A stretch of 64,000 nucleotides of DNA from an uncultured candidate division Zixibacteria bacterium (GTDB lineage Bacteria; Zixibacteria; MSB-5A5; UBA10806; 4484-95): the NCBI GenBank assembly GCA_963668625.2, contig CAXXKA010000008.1:896001-960000 (forward strand), given 5' to 3'. Below are positions 1 to 10,335 of this stretch, one piece after another (the first letter of the stretch is position 1; each line of letters opens with the position of its first letter). A program made the translations under genes and the position numbers. A model generated the notes under the pieces. The model had not been told where the DNA came from, did not search any database, and saw only the letters and a program-made list of their open reading frames with translations.

Positions 1-1
1 C

Positions 2-802
2 TATGGGGACGCAGCCTTGGAGCTTGCCGATGACCTTTATAAAGGCCAATACTACGAGGAATCGATTACGGAATATAAGCGGTATATGTTTTTTAACCCC
101 GGTAGTGATCGACTGGATTACGCTTTCAGGCAGATCGGTTACGCTTATCGGCAAAACCATGAATTGGAAAAATCCATTCGGGCTTTCGGAAATGCCATTG
201 CAGCGGCAAAAAACGACAGCCTGGCTGATGAGATAAAGATCGATTTAGGTGTCACAGCCATAGCCTCCGGCAACTACGAAAAGGCGGAGGCGATATTGCT
301 GAAACTGGCATATTTCGACAAACACTATAATATAAAAGCCAAAGCCTCCCTGTACCTCTGTATCAATATGATCTATAAATATGAATGGTCGGAGGCTCGG
401 GCCGCTTATGCCAACTATCTAAAATATATCGTGGATGAAGCTAACGGAGTCTATCTCAGCGACTCGCTGTTTCTGGCAACAGCCGATATCCATCTCAAAT
501 CACCCCGGTTGGCTAAAACCTTATCGACATTCCTGCCCGGCAGCGGCCAGATATACGCTGGGAACTGGTTTAACGGCCTTAACGCGCTGATTATCAACGG
601 CGGGCTGGGGTACCTGGCGGGCGATTCGATAATCGAGGGCAATTACGCGGATGGTATATTGAATTATTTCATGTTGTTTTTACGGTACTATCGGGGGAAT
701 CGTCATAACGCGGAAACACTGACCTTGCTGTATAACGAGAAGTATAATAAAAGAACAGCCGATTCGATTCTCGAGACCATACGATTCATAAAACACGAGT
801 AA
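2..802 (+). CDS. TPR-repeat protein with C-terminal membrane segment, probably 5'-truncated by the window edge
   Basis: Frame open from position 2. TPR-like helices (AFRQIGYAYRQNHELEKSIRAF; DLGVTAIASGNYEKAE) and a KSPRLAKTLSTFLPGSGQIYAG motif. Confidence 0.7.
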   Translation, partial: YGDAALELADDLYKGQYYEESITEYKRYMFFNPGSDRLDYAFRQIGYAYRQNHELEKSIRAFGNAIAAAKNDSLADEIKIDLGVTAIASGNYEKAEAILLKLAYFDKHYNIKAKASLYLCINMIYKYEWSEARAAYANYLKYIVDEANGVYLSDSLFLATADIHLKSPRLAKTLSTFLPGSGQIYAGNWFNGLNALIINGGLGYLAGDSIIEGNYADGILNYFMLFLRYYRGNRHNAETLTLLYNEKYNKRTADSILETIRFIKHE

Positions 803-846
803 CTGATCTACATTCCGGGCTGGCCTATAATTACAGGATCTGATTC

Positions 847-1677
847 CTACTGTGGCGTATTTTCCATCCGGGTATAATCTATTTCAGAACCAAGGGTACT
901 GTGCGGTATAAGGTAAACCAGAAGCGTAACGACCGCGGCGATTATCGCCCAGGTATGCCTCCCGTAGCCTCGTGATTTGGCTTTCCAGAACGATACGACC
1001 CAGAATATTACGGCGAAAAGAGTTTTATTATCGGTTAAATCACTGCCGGCAGGCCAGCCTGTCCAAAACGCGCCGAAAGCGAATTTCTGCACGATCGGGC
1101 CGAGTATCAGGCCGCCCAGAGCCAATCCAACCAGGGTGATGAGGTTCAACCGGTATAAGTTGTTGCCGCCGATGATTCCCTCGAGGCCGGTACGGGTGGC
1201 TAAAAGCATCCCGGTGAACATGAAAAATATATGCGGGAAAAGCACGTATGACGGCACCGCTCCTTTGAATCGGATCACGACAGTCTCCTCGGTCAGGGGA
1301 TATTTCGTGCCTTCGCTGTCTGATAGGGTCACCTCGTACATTACCTTGCCTGCCGAGGGCTGTTTGGGGATCGTGACTACCAGGTTATCGCCTTTACGCG
1401 GTAGAGTTTCGGTAGTCCATTCATCATAGCTCTTATAACGCTTGAATGTCATCTCGCCGGTGATCGATTTATCGGGCGCGTATAGCTCCATCACGGCATC
1501 ATCGGTGGTATCGTGCGAGCGTAGTAGTCGATAACTGATCTTCTGGTCATCTATAGTGACACTACCGCGCACGGGGTATGTCGGCCCGGTTGCTCGTTGA
1601 TAGGCAACGGATGCCAGAGTAAGCAGAACCGTAATTATCCAGAGCAGAGCTGTTTTCCAGGGTTTTGTCGCGCCCAT
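847..1677 (-). CDS. Hypothetical membrane protein
   Basis: 276 aa. N-terminal TM, soluble beta-rich domain, several C-terminal TM helices (KFAFGAFWTGWP..DLTDNKTL). Confidence 0.7.
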   Translation of the reverse strand: MGATKPWKTALLWIITVLLTLASVAYQRATGPTYPVRGSVTIDDQKISYRLLRSHDTTDDAVMELYAPDKSITGEMTFKRYKSYDEWTTETLPRKGDNLVVTIPKQPSAGKVMYEVTLSDSEGTKYPLTEETVVIRFKGAVPSYVLFPHIFFMFTGMLLATRTGLEGIIGGNNLYRLNLITLVGLALGGLILGPIVQKFAFGAFWTGWPAGSDLTDNKTLFAVIFWVVSFWKAKSRGYGRHTWAIIAAVVTLLVYLIPHSTLGSEIDYTRMENTPQ

Positions 1678-1845
1678 TTAGTCATCCTATCTTTGAAAAA
1701 TTAATCATCATAACCAAGTAACCCCTACTCGGGTTTCTATTTTCTCATAGGATAATAATAATATATTCGTTTTTGAATCAAGTAAACCATTATCGTAGCT
1801 GGAGAATGTGCGGGTCACTATTAGAATCATATATATCAGGAATAC

Positions 1846-2649
1846 TTAGAACTTGTGGATATCTTTGCCACAATGGGGACATTTATTTACTTGTGTTTTA
1901 TTTTGTAGATATTCAATAAAACCTGATCCTAATATGCCCGCGGGAAGCGCGAATAAGCCAATTCCCAAAATCGAAATTATTGCACCAAATATTTTACCCA
2001 GTGCGGTTACAGGAAAAACATCGCCATAGCCTACTGTAGTAAGAGTCGCGACCCCCCACCACATCGCTGTTGGGATATTAGGAAAAGCATCCGGTTGAAT
2101 ATCTTTTTCAAGAAAATACATGATGCTTGAAGACATGATTAATAAAACCATTACGCCCAACAAAGTCATTCCGATTTGGGTACTCTTTGTTTTAAAAACA
2201 AATGCTAAAGCTCTCATTGATTCAAAATACCTTGATAGCTTTAATATACGAATAATTCGAAACACCCTGATCGTTCTCAGAATACGTAGATCTATCCCCA
2301 AAAATAAAGGGATGAAAAAAGGTAGAATCGCAAAGAGATCAATTAATAGCATTGGTTTAATAGCATATTTTAAACGTCCTGAGATTACTCCTTGATATTT
2401 ACTTTCGGATGTACATGAATAAACTCGAAGTAAATATTCTATACTGAAAATAGTAACAGATACTATTTCGAAATAATAAAAAAATATATGATAGTGAGTG
2501 GCAAGGTTGTTATATGATTCTAAAATAACAGCAATAACATTTAAAAGTATTAGTAAAATTATAAATATGTTAACTGTTTTACTAAATCCATCTTTTCCTC
2601 GAGGGATTTCAATAATTTCATAGATTCTTTGCTTTAATAGTTTACTCAT
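1846..2649 (-). CDS. Voltage-gated-type potassium channel (ion transporter)
   Basis: TTVGYGD selectivity filter, S4-like LRILRTIRVFRIIRILKLSR, C-terminal CPHC. AT-rich. Confidence 0.92.
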   Translation of the reverse strand: MSKLLKQRIYEIIEIPRGKDGFSKTVNIFIILLILLNVIAVILESYNNLATHYHIFFYYFEIVSVTIFSIEYLLRVYSCTSESKYQGVISGRLKYAIKPMLLIDLFAILPFFIPLFLGIDLRILRTIRVFRIIRILKLSRYFESMRALAFVFKTKSTQIGMTLLGVMVLLIMSSSIMYFLEKDIQPDAFPNIPTAMWWGVATLTTVGYGDVFPVTALGKIFGAIISILGIGLFALPAGILGSGFIEYLQNKTQVNKCPHCGKDIHKF

Positions 2650-2658
2650 ATCATAGTA

Positions 2659-3489
2659 TTATTGATTTCTATCTCGTAGTAATCTTTCGGACACACTTAA
2701 ATTCTTAATACTAGTATTATCTTTTTTCTTGTTCGCTGATATATTCTTTTTGAGGCTTTTTTTATTAATTTTAACGATTTTCTGTTTAGCCTTTAATGCT
2801 TCATCACCTTCTATAACATCCCTTTTCAATACTTCATTCTTTAATATTTTCTCGATTTCATCTGATTCAACCTTTATTCCCGTTGCTAGCTTTCTAATAT
2901 CTCTTTTTATGATGTTAATTACAGGCTCACTAACAACCAATGAACCGATCACGAATCTGTTTACGCTTTGAACTCTCTCATAAAAATCTTCACGTACAGA
3001 TTTACCAACGCCTTCCTTGGTTAATAAATACAACTTATTTTGATCTTCAAGCTTTCTGTAATTGATATCCAAAAAGCTAAACGAAGTTACAAGATCATGC
3101 TCAACCGGTCTCTCGAATCTAATTTTATAAAGCTCCCAATTTATACCATTAGTTAATACGACCCATTGAACGCCCTTATTAACACCATATTCTATTACTT
3201 GGCGCAGGTGTTGTTCTTTTAATGTCAAACCAACAGCTTTGACCTCTATCAGGAATTGTATTTTGTCATTCATTTTAATTGCTAAATCGCAAAACATATT
3301 ACGAATAGCATATTCACTCGTTATTTCAATATATTTCTGATATCCAAACACTTCCGCGAGTATGTCTTGAATGATCGAGACTGTATCAGCCTCATTAATA
3401 TCCCTATCCTGAGCAATTTTCAATACTTTCTGAAATTTACTCATCGAATTCTTATAACGTTCAATGACTTTTTTAGGTAGATTTGCCAT
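2659..3489 (-). CDS. Stand-alone HsdR N-terminal-like (PD-(D/E)xK) nuclease-domain protein
   Basis: NEADT...EYAIR..FCDLAI..LIEVKA...QVIEY...WVVLTNG motifs. ATG at 3489 with GGAGG RBS preferred over 3519. Confidence 0.75.
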   Translation of the reverse strand: MANLPKKVIERYKNSMSKFQKVLKIAQDRDINEADTVSIIQDILAEVFGYQKYIEITSEYAIRNMFCDLAIKMNDKIQFLIEVKAVGLTLKEQHLRQVIEYGVNKGVQWVVLTNGINWELYKIRFERPVEHDLVTSFSFLDINYRKLEDQNKLYLLTKEGVGKSVREDFYERVQSVNRFVIGSLVVSEPVINIIKRDIRKLATGIKVESDEIEKILKNEVLKRDVIEGDEALKAKQKIVKINKKSLKKNISANKKKDNTSIKNLSVSERLLRDRNQ

Positions 3490-3681
3490 AGTATCCTCCG
3501 TAAAGGTTAGAATCAACATGTACCCCTAATTACAGATATAATTTATATAATAGTATTACCCGTGTCAATAAAGAATTAATCTTAAATTGTTACATACTCC
3601 ACTATTGACTTCTCAGATACCAGCCAATATATTGAACCGGTTTTGAAATCAGGCATTGAGTCTGAACTAAGGAGATTAGCG

Positions 3682-4221
3682 ATGATTAAGAAAAGTGCCC
3701 ACGATATCATGATCCCAATCAACAAATATCCCAATATATTCAGCGGCGCAACCGTTAAAGAGGCTATCGCCGAATTCGAGCACGCGTTTCTTCATGTTGA
3801 CGGGCAGATGTCATTACCCAGGGCGCTTCTGGTTATCGACAAGAATCATACCCTGTTGGGTATGATCCGCCGCCGCGATATTTTAAAAGCTCTCGAACCT
3901 AAATATATGCAGCCAATGGCGCATCACCACCAGAAAGAGCTCATCGATATCGAGGGTTCGCCCGAACTGGCCGCATTATCGGCTGGCAAACTGATTAATT
4001 CGATAAAAGCTCAGGCTACACAGAAAATCGATGATATAATGCTGCCGGCGGAGCTGATGTTCACAGCCGGTTATGATGATCATATAGCTAAAATCATATA
4101 TGTAATGGCTATCAAAGATTTGAATTTGATGCCGGTTATGCGTGATGGTCAAGTCGTTGGAGTGGTTAGAAGCGTTGATGTTTTTCACGAGATTGCCCAT
4201 CTATTTACAGAGGAAGAATGA
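3682..4221 (+). CDS. CBS-domain protein
   Basis: Two CBS repeats (AHDIMIP..LLGMIRRRDIL; IDDIM..LMPVMRDGQVVGVVRSVDV). AGGAG RBS before ATG 3682. Confidence 0.85.
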   Translation: MIKKSAHDIMIPINKYPNIFSGATVKEAIAEFEHAFLHVDGQMSLPRALLVIDKNHTLLGMIRRRDILKALEPKYMQPMAHHHQKELIDIEGSPELAALSAGKLINSIKAQATQKIDDIMLPAELMFTAGYDDHIAKIIYVMAIKDLNLMPVMRDGQVVGVVRSVDVFHEIAHLFTEEE

Positions 4222-4283
4222 ATCCGTTTTTTCCTCTAATCATTAGAAATAAATAATTTAACTAATAGACGGAGGATAGCAGC

Positions 4284-6134
4284 CTGAACCCCGCAGCTCA
4301 CGAAATTCATCTGGCACGGGGCCCCCGCCGAATCGACTGGAAACGTCTGGCCTTTATCTTTCTCGGCCTTTCCCTTTTTACAATCGTATTTTTCTCACCG
4401 GACTGGCCGGAGGCAATCGACCCTATGGGGAAGGTGTTTCAACTCTCGTACGAGGGTAAAGCAGCCCTGGGATTGTTTCTACTGGCCGCCACCTGGTGGG
4501 TATTCGAGGTCGTTCCCATCGGTGTGACATCCATAACGATCGGCGTGATTCAAGCCCTGTTTTTAATTCGTCCCGCGAAAATCGCATTCAGCGATTTCAT
4601 GGACCCATCCGTGTGGTTCATTATCGGCTCACTGGTTATCGGTATGTCGTTTTCCAAAACGGGCCTGACCAAACGCATGGCCTACAAGATGCTCCAACTG
4701 GTGGGCGAGAAAACGAGCATGATCTATCTGGGGGTTTTCGTTATGACAGCCGGATTGACGTTGATCATGGCGCATACCGCTGTAGCCGCCGCGCTTTATC
4801 CTCTGCTTATAGCCATTTATTCTCTATACGAGGAGGATAACAAGCCCACCAAATTCGGCAAGGGCCTGTTCATGGGGATGGCTTTCGTGGCCGGAGCAGG
4901 TTCGATTATCACCCTGCTGGGCGCCGCCAGAGGAGCGGTGGCCATCGGCTTTTTCAAGGATATCATCGGCCGCGAGGTTTCGTTTTTCGAATTATCGTAC
5001 TACATGGCCCCGGTCGGCATAAGCATGACTATTATTCTCTGGCTGTTTTTCATGGTATTTTTCAAGCCCGAACGTAAAACCATACCCGGTTTGCGAGAGC
5101 GCGCCGCCGACTTGAACAAACAACTCGGCCCGATGACCAGAATCGAGATTCTTACGCTTATCATAGTATTCGCCGCGATTATCACTATGAGTTTGAGATC
5201 GTTTGTTCCGGCGTTGGGTCCTATCAACAAAAGCGCGATTATTCTCGTTTCCACGATATTATTCTTTCTACTGGGTATATTAAAAATCGATGACCTGGAG
5301 AAGATACCCTGGAATATAGTGCTGCTTTTCGGCGGAGCCATGAGTATCGGTTTTTGCCTGTGGCAAACCGGCGCGGCAAGCTGGCTGGCTATCAAGTGGC
5401 TGGGAATTCTTCAAGACGCTCACTGGTTCATATTCGTAATCGGCGTCTCCTGCTTCGTTCTGATAATGACTAATTTCATCATGAACGTCGCGGCTATCGC
5501 CATAAGCTTACCGGTCGCACTGGTGATCGCGCCTTACCTGGGAGTCGCTCCCGAGGTGATATTCTATTCGGCCCTGGTCGTGGCAGGTATGCCGTTTTTA
5601 CTCCTGGTTGGAGCGGCGCCGAATGCAATCGCTTACGAATCGAAACAGTTTACCTCGGGGGAATTTTTCGGCTATGGTATACCCGCCAGTATAATCCTGG
5701 TAATACTCCTGGGTGTATTCGTTTGGATCGTTTGGCCCATGATGGGAATGCCCACACAGGCCGAGAAGGTAACCGGTGATCGGGTCATGCATGTCATGGT
5801 GACATCAATGGATGGCGATTACTCATCTTCGCTTTCCGAGTCGGTGGAGGGTTCGGGAATGAAGGCCTCGCTTTGCAGTGATGCTGAAAAAGCGGTAGAG
5901 TTAGTCGGCAAAACCATGCCTGATATCATCGTGCTGGATTTCGAGTCGCACGATTACGGCAGTTTATATTATCGATTGAAACTAGAATATCCCGAGATTA
6001 AAGTGATTATTCTGTCCCGACAGGGTTCATCGATCAATTCCGAATTCGGTATTTCGGAACATTTGAACAAACCGATATCTCCAGATTCGTTGATGGGCTA
6101 TGTTAACCGTGCCTTGTTTCAAGTAGAAAACTGA
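4284..6134 (+). CDS. SLC13/DASS-family anion transporter with C-terminal receiver-like domain (probable CTG start)
   Basis: Multiple TM helices and a GAAPNAIAY motif. C-terminal PDIIVLD..IKVIILS..LNKP. Frame open upstream of ATG 4425 to CTG 4284, preceded by GGAGG at 4271-4275. Confidence 0.85.
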   Translation: MNPAAHEIHLARGPRRIDWKRLAFIFLGLSLFTIVFFSPDWPEAIDPMGKVFQLSYEGKAALGLFLLAATWWVFEVVPIGVTSITIGVIQALFLIRPAKIAFSDFMDPSVWFIIGSLVIGMSFSKTGLTKRMAYKMLQLVGEKTSMIYLGVFVMTAGLTLIMAHTAVAAALYPLLIAIYSLYEEDNKPTKFGKGLFMGMAFVAGAGSIITLLGAARGAVAIGFFKDIIGREVSFFELSYYMAPVGISMTIILWLFFMVFFKPERKTIPGLRERAADLNKQLGPMTRIEILTLIIVFAAIITMSLRSFVPALGPINKSAIILVSTILFFLLGILKIDDLEKIPWNIVLLFGGAMSIGFCLWQTGAASWLAIKWLGILQDAHWFIFVIGVSCFVLIMTNFIMNVAAIAISLPVALVIAPYLGVAPEVIFYSALVVAGMPFLLLVGAAPNAIAYESKQFTSGEFFGYGIPASIILVILLGVFVWIVWPMMGMPTQAEKVTGDRVMHVMVTSMDGDYSSSLSESVEGSGMKASLCSDAEKAVELVGKTMPDIIVLDFESHDYGSLYYRLKLEYPEIKVIILSRQGSSINSEFGISEHLNKPISPDSLMGYVNRALFQVEN

Positions 6135-6187
6135 CAGGTCGCCCGGAAGTAAATGAGAATCGCTATATTAGACTGGGAATCAATCCA

Positions 6188-7363
6188 ATGCGTTTACATT
6201 TATTTGTTATTGTTGTCGCGATGTTGATTATGGGCAATTGTAACGGAATCGATACTGATTACATGAGCTTGCATAATAATGCTCTGGTGGCCGATATGCA
6301 CTGCGACACGGTCATGGATTTAATCGCCGGCGAGGATATAGCGAAGAGGGATTCGACCGGCCATATCGATCTGCAGCGACTAAAAGCCGGCGGGATCGAT
6401 CTTCAGGTCTTCGCTTGCTTCGTTTGGACACATACCCCACCGGCTGAGGCTTATGCTATGGCAAATAGGATGATCGATACTCTGGAAACGCAGTTTGCGC
6501 GTAACAGTGATCGGATAGAGATTTGCAGGACAGCCGACCGGGCGGAAAGCATTATCAATCAGGAAAAGATGGCCGCCTTCCTGGGAATAGAAAACGGCGT
6601 CGCTATCAGAAATAATCTAAGCGATCTCGAGCATTTCTATAATCGCGGCGTACGCTATCTCACGCTTACGCATACATCATCCAACGACTGGTGCACCTCC
6701 TCATCCGATTCGACTCGTCCCGGCGAGGGCTTGACCGAGTTCGGTAAGGATGTCGTACGCAAAATGAACGAACTTGGGATGATAATCGATGTCTCGCATG
6801 CTCGTATCGAGGCGGTCGAGGATGTGTTAGAGATAACCACCGCCCCGATCATAGCCTCGCATTCATGTGTTCGGGGGATACAAAATCACGACCGTAATTT
6901 GAACGATAACCAGATTCGTGCAATCGCTAAAAACGGCGGTGTGATCGGCATTAATTATTTTCAGTACTATCTCTCTCATCGCGCCTCGGAGATAGCCGAT
7001 TCCATTCAACTGGTCTACAAAGAGGAAATCGACGCGGCCAAGAAATCATATCCCGATGATTACAAGACTCGTCGCGAGATACTAAAGCATGTTTATGCCG
7101 ATTTGACGGTCGCGCTCGAGGGCGTGGTTGATATCGGTACCGTGGTTGATCATATCGACTACATAGTCAAACTGGTCGGCCCCGATCATGTCGGTTTGGG
7201 CTCGGATTTCGACGGCGTATCGCGCTTACCGGAGGGATTAACGGATTGCTCGATGACGCCGAATATTACTCGTGAGCTGGTTAAGCGAGGCTATTCCGAG
7301 GTAGATATCAAAAAGATTTTAGGCGGTAATTTCATGAGGGTATTCAGGCGAGTTTGCGGCTAA
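6188..7363 (+). CDS. Membrane dipeptidase (peptidase M19), exported
   Basis: DMHCD, GIENG, DVSH, ASHS, HDRN and GLGSDFDG motifs. N-terminal signal sequence. Confidence 0.92.
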   Translation: MRLHLFVIVVAMLIMGNCNGIDTDYMSLHNNALVADMHCDTVMDLIAGEDIAKRDSTGHIDLQRLKAGGIDLQVFACFVWTHTPPAEAYAMANRMIDTLETQFARNSDRIEICRTADRAESIINQEKMAAFLGIENGVAIRNNLSDLEHFYNRGVRYLTLTHTSSNDWCTSSSDSTRPGEGLTEFGKDVVRKMNELGMIIDVSHARIEAVEDVLEITTAPIIASHSCVRGIQNHDRNLNDNQIRAIAKNGGVIGINYFQYYLSHRASEIADSIQLVYKEEIDAAKKSYPDDYKTRREILKHVYADLTVALEGVVDIGTVVDHIDYIVKLVGPDHVGLGSDFDGVSRLPEGLTDCSMTPNITRELVKRGYSEVDIKKILGGNFMRVFRRVCG

Positions 7364-7401
7364 TTTTAGAATAAGTAATCGGCAAAATTTACGATGTAAT
7401 C

Positions 7402-8601
7402 TCACGCCGCTTTCCGAACGCGTAAATTAACGGCCACGATCAGAATCATAATCGCGCCGACTGCCAGCAGCGAGTTGTTGAACCAGAACATCCAGAGTGT
7501 ATTGCCAACCATATCATGCATGAATCCTCCGAATAATATGAATCCGATCACAGCAGTCCATTTCATCCATCTATTCAAACTACCCCAGTTGAATATTATT
7601 AAAAATACGACAATCTCCAGAAAACCGAACGCGTTGCGACCGGTAGAGGCGATAAGCGGTATCAGGCCGGTCAGGAAAGCCATCTCAAAAACGTAAGCAT
7701 CATTGATATCGTGCCCTTTGAATATCAGGTATAAAACCAATAAACACAATAAAGCCAGTACGATTGCCTGGTAGACATGGGTAGTCAGCGGCGTAAACTC
7801 CACGAGCCGCATTGGGGTGTACTTAGCCAGCGCGGCGAAAATCGTGAGGTTGCCATCGCCCAGCATATCCTGTTTGTTGCCCAGATCGATAGCCAGTTCG
7901 TGAAACCAGAGCTGCTGCTGATCGATGGCCATATCGAATCCCATGAACACTGAAGGAGCGATGAATAGTACCGCGGCAAAAACTAAAAACATCGCCACTA
8001 TTTTGAATTTCTTTTTCACTAAAAAATATGGCAGGAAAATCAGGCAGTGCGGTTTCAAGAACAACGCCATGGCCCACAAGAGCGATATGAACAACTCCCG
8101 CTTGTTACGCCACAGATATATCATACCAATATACATCAATAAAAGCAGATGGTTTACCTGTCCCAGGTGTAACTCGCGCTGAAGTTTCACGCCGATTATG
8201 CAGGTTACGATTAAGACGACGTTGTTTATAGTTTTAGGAGGCAGCTCTTTATACCACGGCCGCACGAGGGAGATACACATATAACATCCCAGAAGAAAAA
8301 TAAGCGTTAGAAATATCCAGTAGATGGCTCGCGCGTAAACATACGGTATTGCAGTATACGGCAGAAAATAAATCGCCGCCGTCGGAGAATATTTATAGTA
8401 GTAATGGCCATCCTGCTCGGGACGGTATAGATTTTCTCCGCTTAACAACCTTTCCGCGGCGGTTACATATACTCTGAAATCGGAGGCCTTGAATCGATCA
8501 TTGGCGATCTCGGGTATCATCATGAGCAATATTACTAAAAGCAGTAAAGCTAAAGCAAAATTACGTTGCGACAGGTAGGCGTTTTTCAGAAAATCTTTCA
8601 A
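7402..8601 (-). CDS. GT87/DUF2029-like polytopic membrane glycosyltransferase
   Basis: SDFRVY..AA...L.GENLY, YKYSP, ELHLGQVN and LFLKP motifs. Confidence 0.75.
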   Translation of the reverse strand: MKDFLKNAYLSQRNFALALLLLVILLMMIPEIANDRFKASDFRVYVTAAERLLSGENLYRPEQDGHYYYKYSPTAAIYFLPYTAIPYVYARAIYWIFLTLIFLLGCYMCISLVRPWYKELPPKTINNVVLIVTCIIGVKLQRELHLGQVNHLLLLMYIGMIYLWRNKRELFISLLWAMALFLKPHCLIFLPYFLVKKKFKIVAMFLVFAAVLFIAPSVFMGFDMAIDQQQLWFHELAIDLGNKQDMLGDGNLTIFAALAKYTPMRLVEFTPLTTHVYQAIVLALLCLLVLYLIFKGHDINDAYVFEMAFLTGLIPLIASTGRNAFGFLEIVVFLIIFNWGSLNRWMKWTAVIGFILFGGFMHDMVGNTLWMFWFNNSLLAVGAIMILIVAVNLRVRKAA

Positions 8602-8789
8602 GCCCTGCTCCGGATTCTCATCAAGCGATTAATCTTAAATAAAAGTTACCCGCAATTATAATTCAATATCGTGGTTATGCCAAATATTTAAATAGACTCG
8701 GATAACAAAGAAAAGCTCGATAAACCTCTAGATAAGCAAAAACGGGCATGATATTGCTCCGCTTGGATTACACGTATAAAGCGGTAATC

Positions 8790-9482
8790 CTATTTATCTT
8801 CGATTTGAGTGGCTTTCAGAGAGAAATCGACGTTACCATGACGGGTTATTATACCCTCTATCATGTAGATAACATCCTCGGCTATATTCGTCGCGTGATC
8901 GGCAATACGCTCCAGGTGACGGGAGATACCCAGGATATGAATCAGACTGTCGAGTTTATCGGGATGTATTTTGATAAACTCCTTTACTTTGATATATGTT
9001 TGACGGTTCATTTCATCCACTTCGTCATCCATCAAGCAAACATCCCGGGCCATATCGGAGTTTAACTGCACCAGCGAATCGAGGCTTTTTTTCAGCATGA
9101 ACTGAACTTTTTCCACCATCTCGGCAAAATTAAAATCATTACTCAAATCGCTCTTGGTTGCTAAAAACGCCGAGCGTTTCGCGATATTCACGGCCTCATC
9201 ACCGATACGTTCGAGCTCGTTGTTTATTTTCAGCACGGCGATTATGAATCGCAAATCGATAGCTACGGGTTGGTGAAGCGCCAGGATTTTCAGGCATTCC
9301 TCCTCCATTTCGACCTCGAGCTTATCGATTTCGATATCTTTGCTGATAACTTCCTGGGTCAGATCATAATCGCGGCGTGATATCGAATTGGCCGATTTCT
9401 GGACATTTTCCTCAACCACCGCGCTTAACGATAGAATATTCTTTTTTAATATCTCAATAGCGTTTTGCAAATGTATCGGCAT
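8790..9482 (-). CDS. phoU: Phosphate signalling protein PhoU
   Basis: LALHQPVAIDLR, ELERIGDEAVNIA, HLERIADHATNIAE. Last gene of the pst operon. Confidence 0.96.
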   Translation of the reverse strand: MPIHLQNAIEILKKNILSLSAVVEENVQKSANSISRRDYDLTQEVISKDIEIDKLEVEMEEECLKILALHQPVAIDLRFIIAVLKINNELERIGDEAVNIAKRSAFLATKSDLSNDFNFAEMVEKVQFMLKKSLDSLVQLNSDMARDVCLMDDEVDEMNRQTYIKVKEFIKIHPDKLDSLIHILGISRHLERIADHATNIAEDVIYMIEGIITRHGNVDFSLKATQIEDK

Positions 9483-9507
9483 TTAATATTCCTTGCCAGT
9501 TTTTCCA

Positions 9508-10335
9508 TCAACCGAATCTTCCGGTAATATAATCTTCGGTAATCTTTTTATCCGGCTTAGTGAAAATCTTTTTTGTCGGCCCGAATTCTTTCAAGTACCC
9601 CTGGAAAAAGAATGCGGTATAATCAGAAATTCGCGCCGCTTGTTGCATATTATGTGTTACGATAACTATCGTGTAAAGTTGTTTTAGCTCGCCAATCAAA
9701 TCCTCGATCTTGGCTGTCGAAATCGGGTCGAGCGCCGAGGCAGGTTCATCCATCAGGAGCACCTCGGGCTTAATAGCCAGGGCTCGGGCTATACAAAGAC
9801 GTTGCTGCTGTCCTCCCGAAAGCGACAGAGCGCTTTTATCCAGAAGGTCCTTGACCTCATCCCAGAGATAAGCTTTTTTCAGCGAGGTTTCCACGGCGTT
9901 GCGGAGGATAGTTTTGTCTTTTATACCGTTTACGATCAAGCCATAGGCCACGTTATCGTAGATCGATTTCGGGAACGGATTCGGCCTCTGGAAAACCATG
10001 CCGACCCGGGTTCGTACGCTGGCAACATCCTTGATATCTTTGTAGATATCGATGCCGTCGAGCGTGATCCTGCCCTCCCTGCGAGTTTTAGGTATAGTCT
10101 CGTTCATTCGATTAAGCGAGCGCAGGAAGGTTGACTTGCCGCATCCCGAGGGACCGATTAAGGCGGTCACCATCTTCTCCTCGACATCCAGGGAAACATC
10201 GAAAAGAACTTGATTGTCACCATAAAAGAAATCAAGATTACTAATTCTCATCTTGTTGTTCTTTTCCCCGGCAGGTTCATCGATAATACTATTCACCATC
10301 TGGTCAGCCTTGGTTTTTGCCTTATCATCCGACAT
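9508..10335 (-). CDS. pstB: Phosphate ABC transporter ATP-binding protein
   Basis: [52 protein letters not shown]. Confidence 0.97.
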   Translation of the reverse strand: MSDDKAKTKADQMVNSIIDEPAGEKNNKMRISNLDFFYGDNQVLFDVSLDVEEKMVTALIGPSGCGKSTFLRSLNRMNETIPKTRREGRITLDGIDIYKDIKDVASVRTRVGMVFQRPNPFPKSIYDNVAYGLIVNGIKDKTILRNAVETSLKKAYLWDEVKDLLDKSALSLSGGQQQRLCIARALAIKPEVLLMDEPASALDPISTAKIEDLIGELKQLYTIVIVTHNMQQAARISDYTAFFFQGYLKEFGPTKKIFTKPDKKITEDYITGRFG

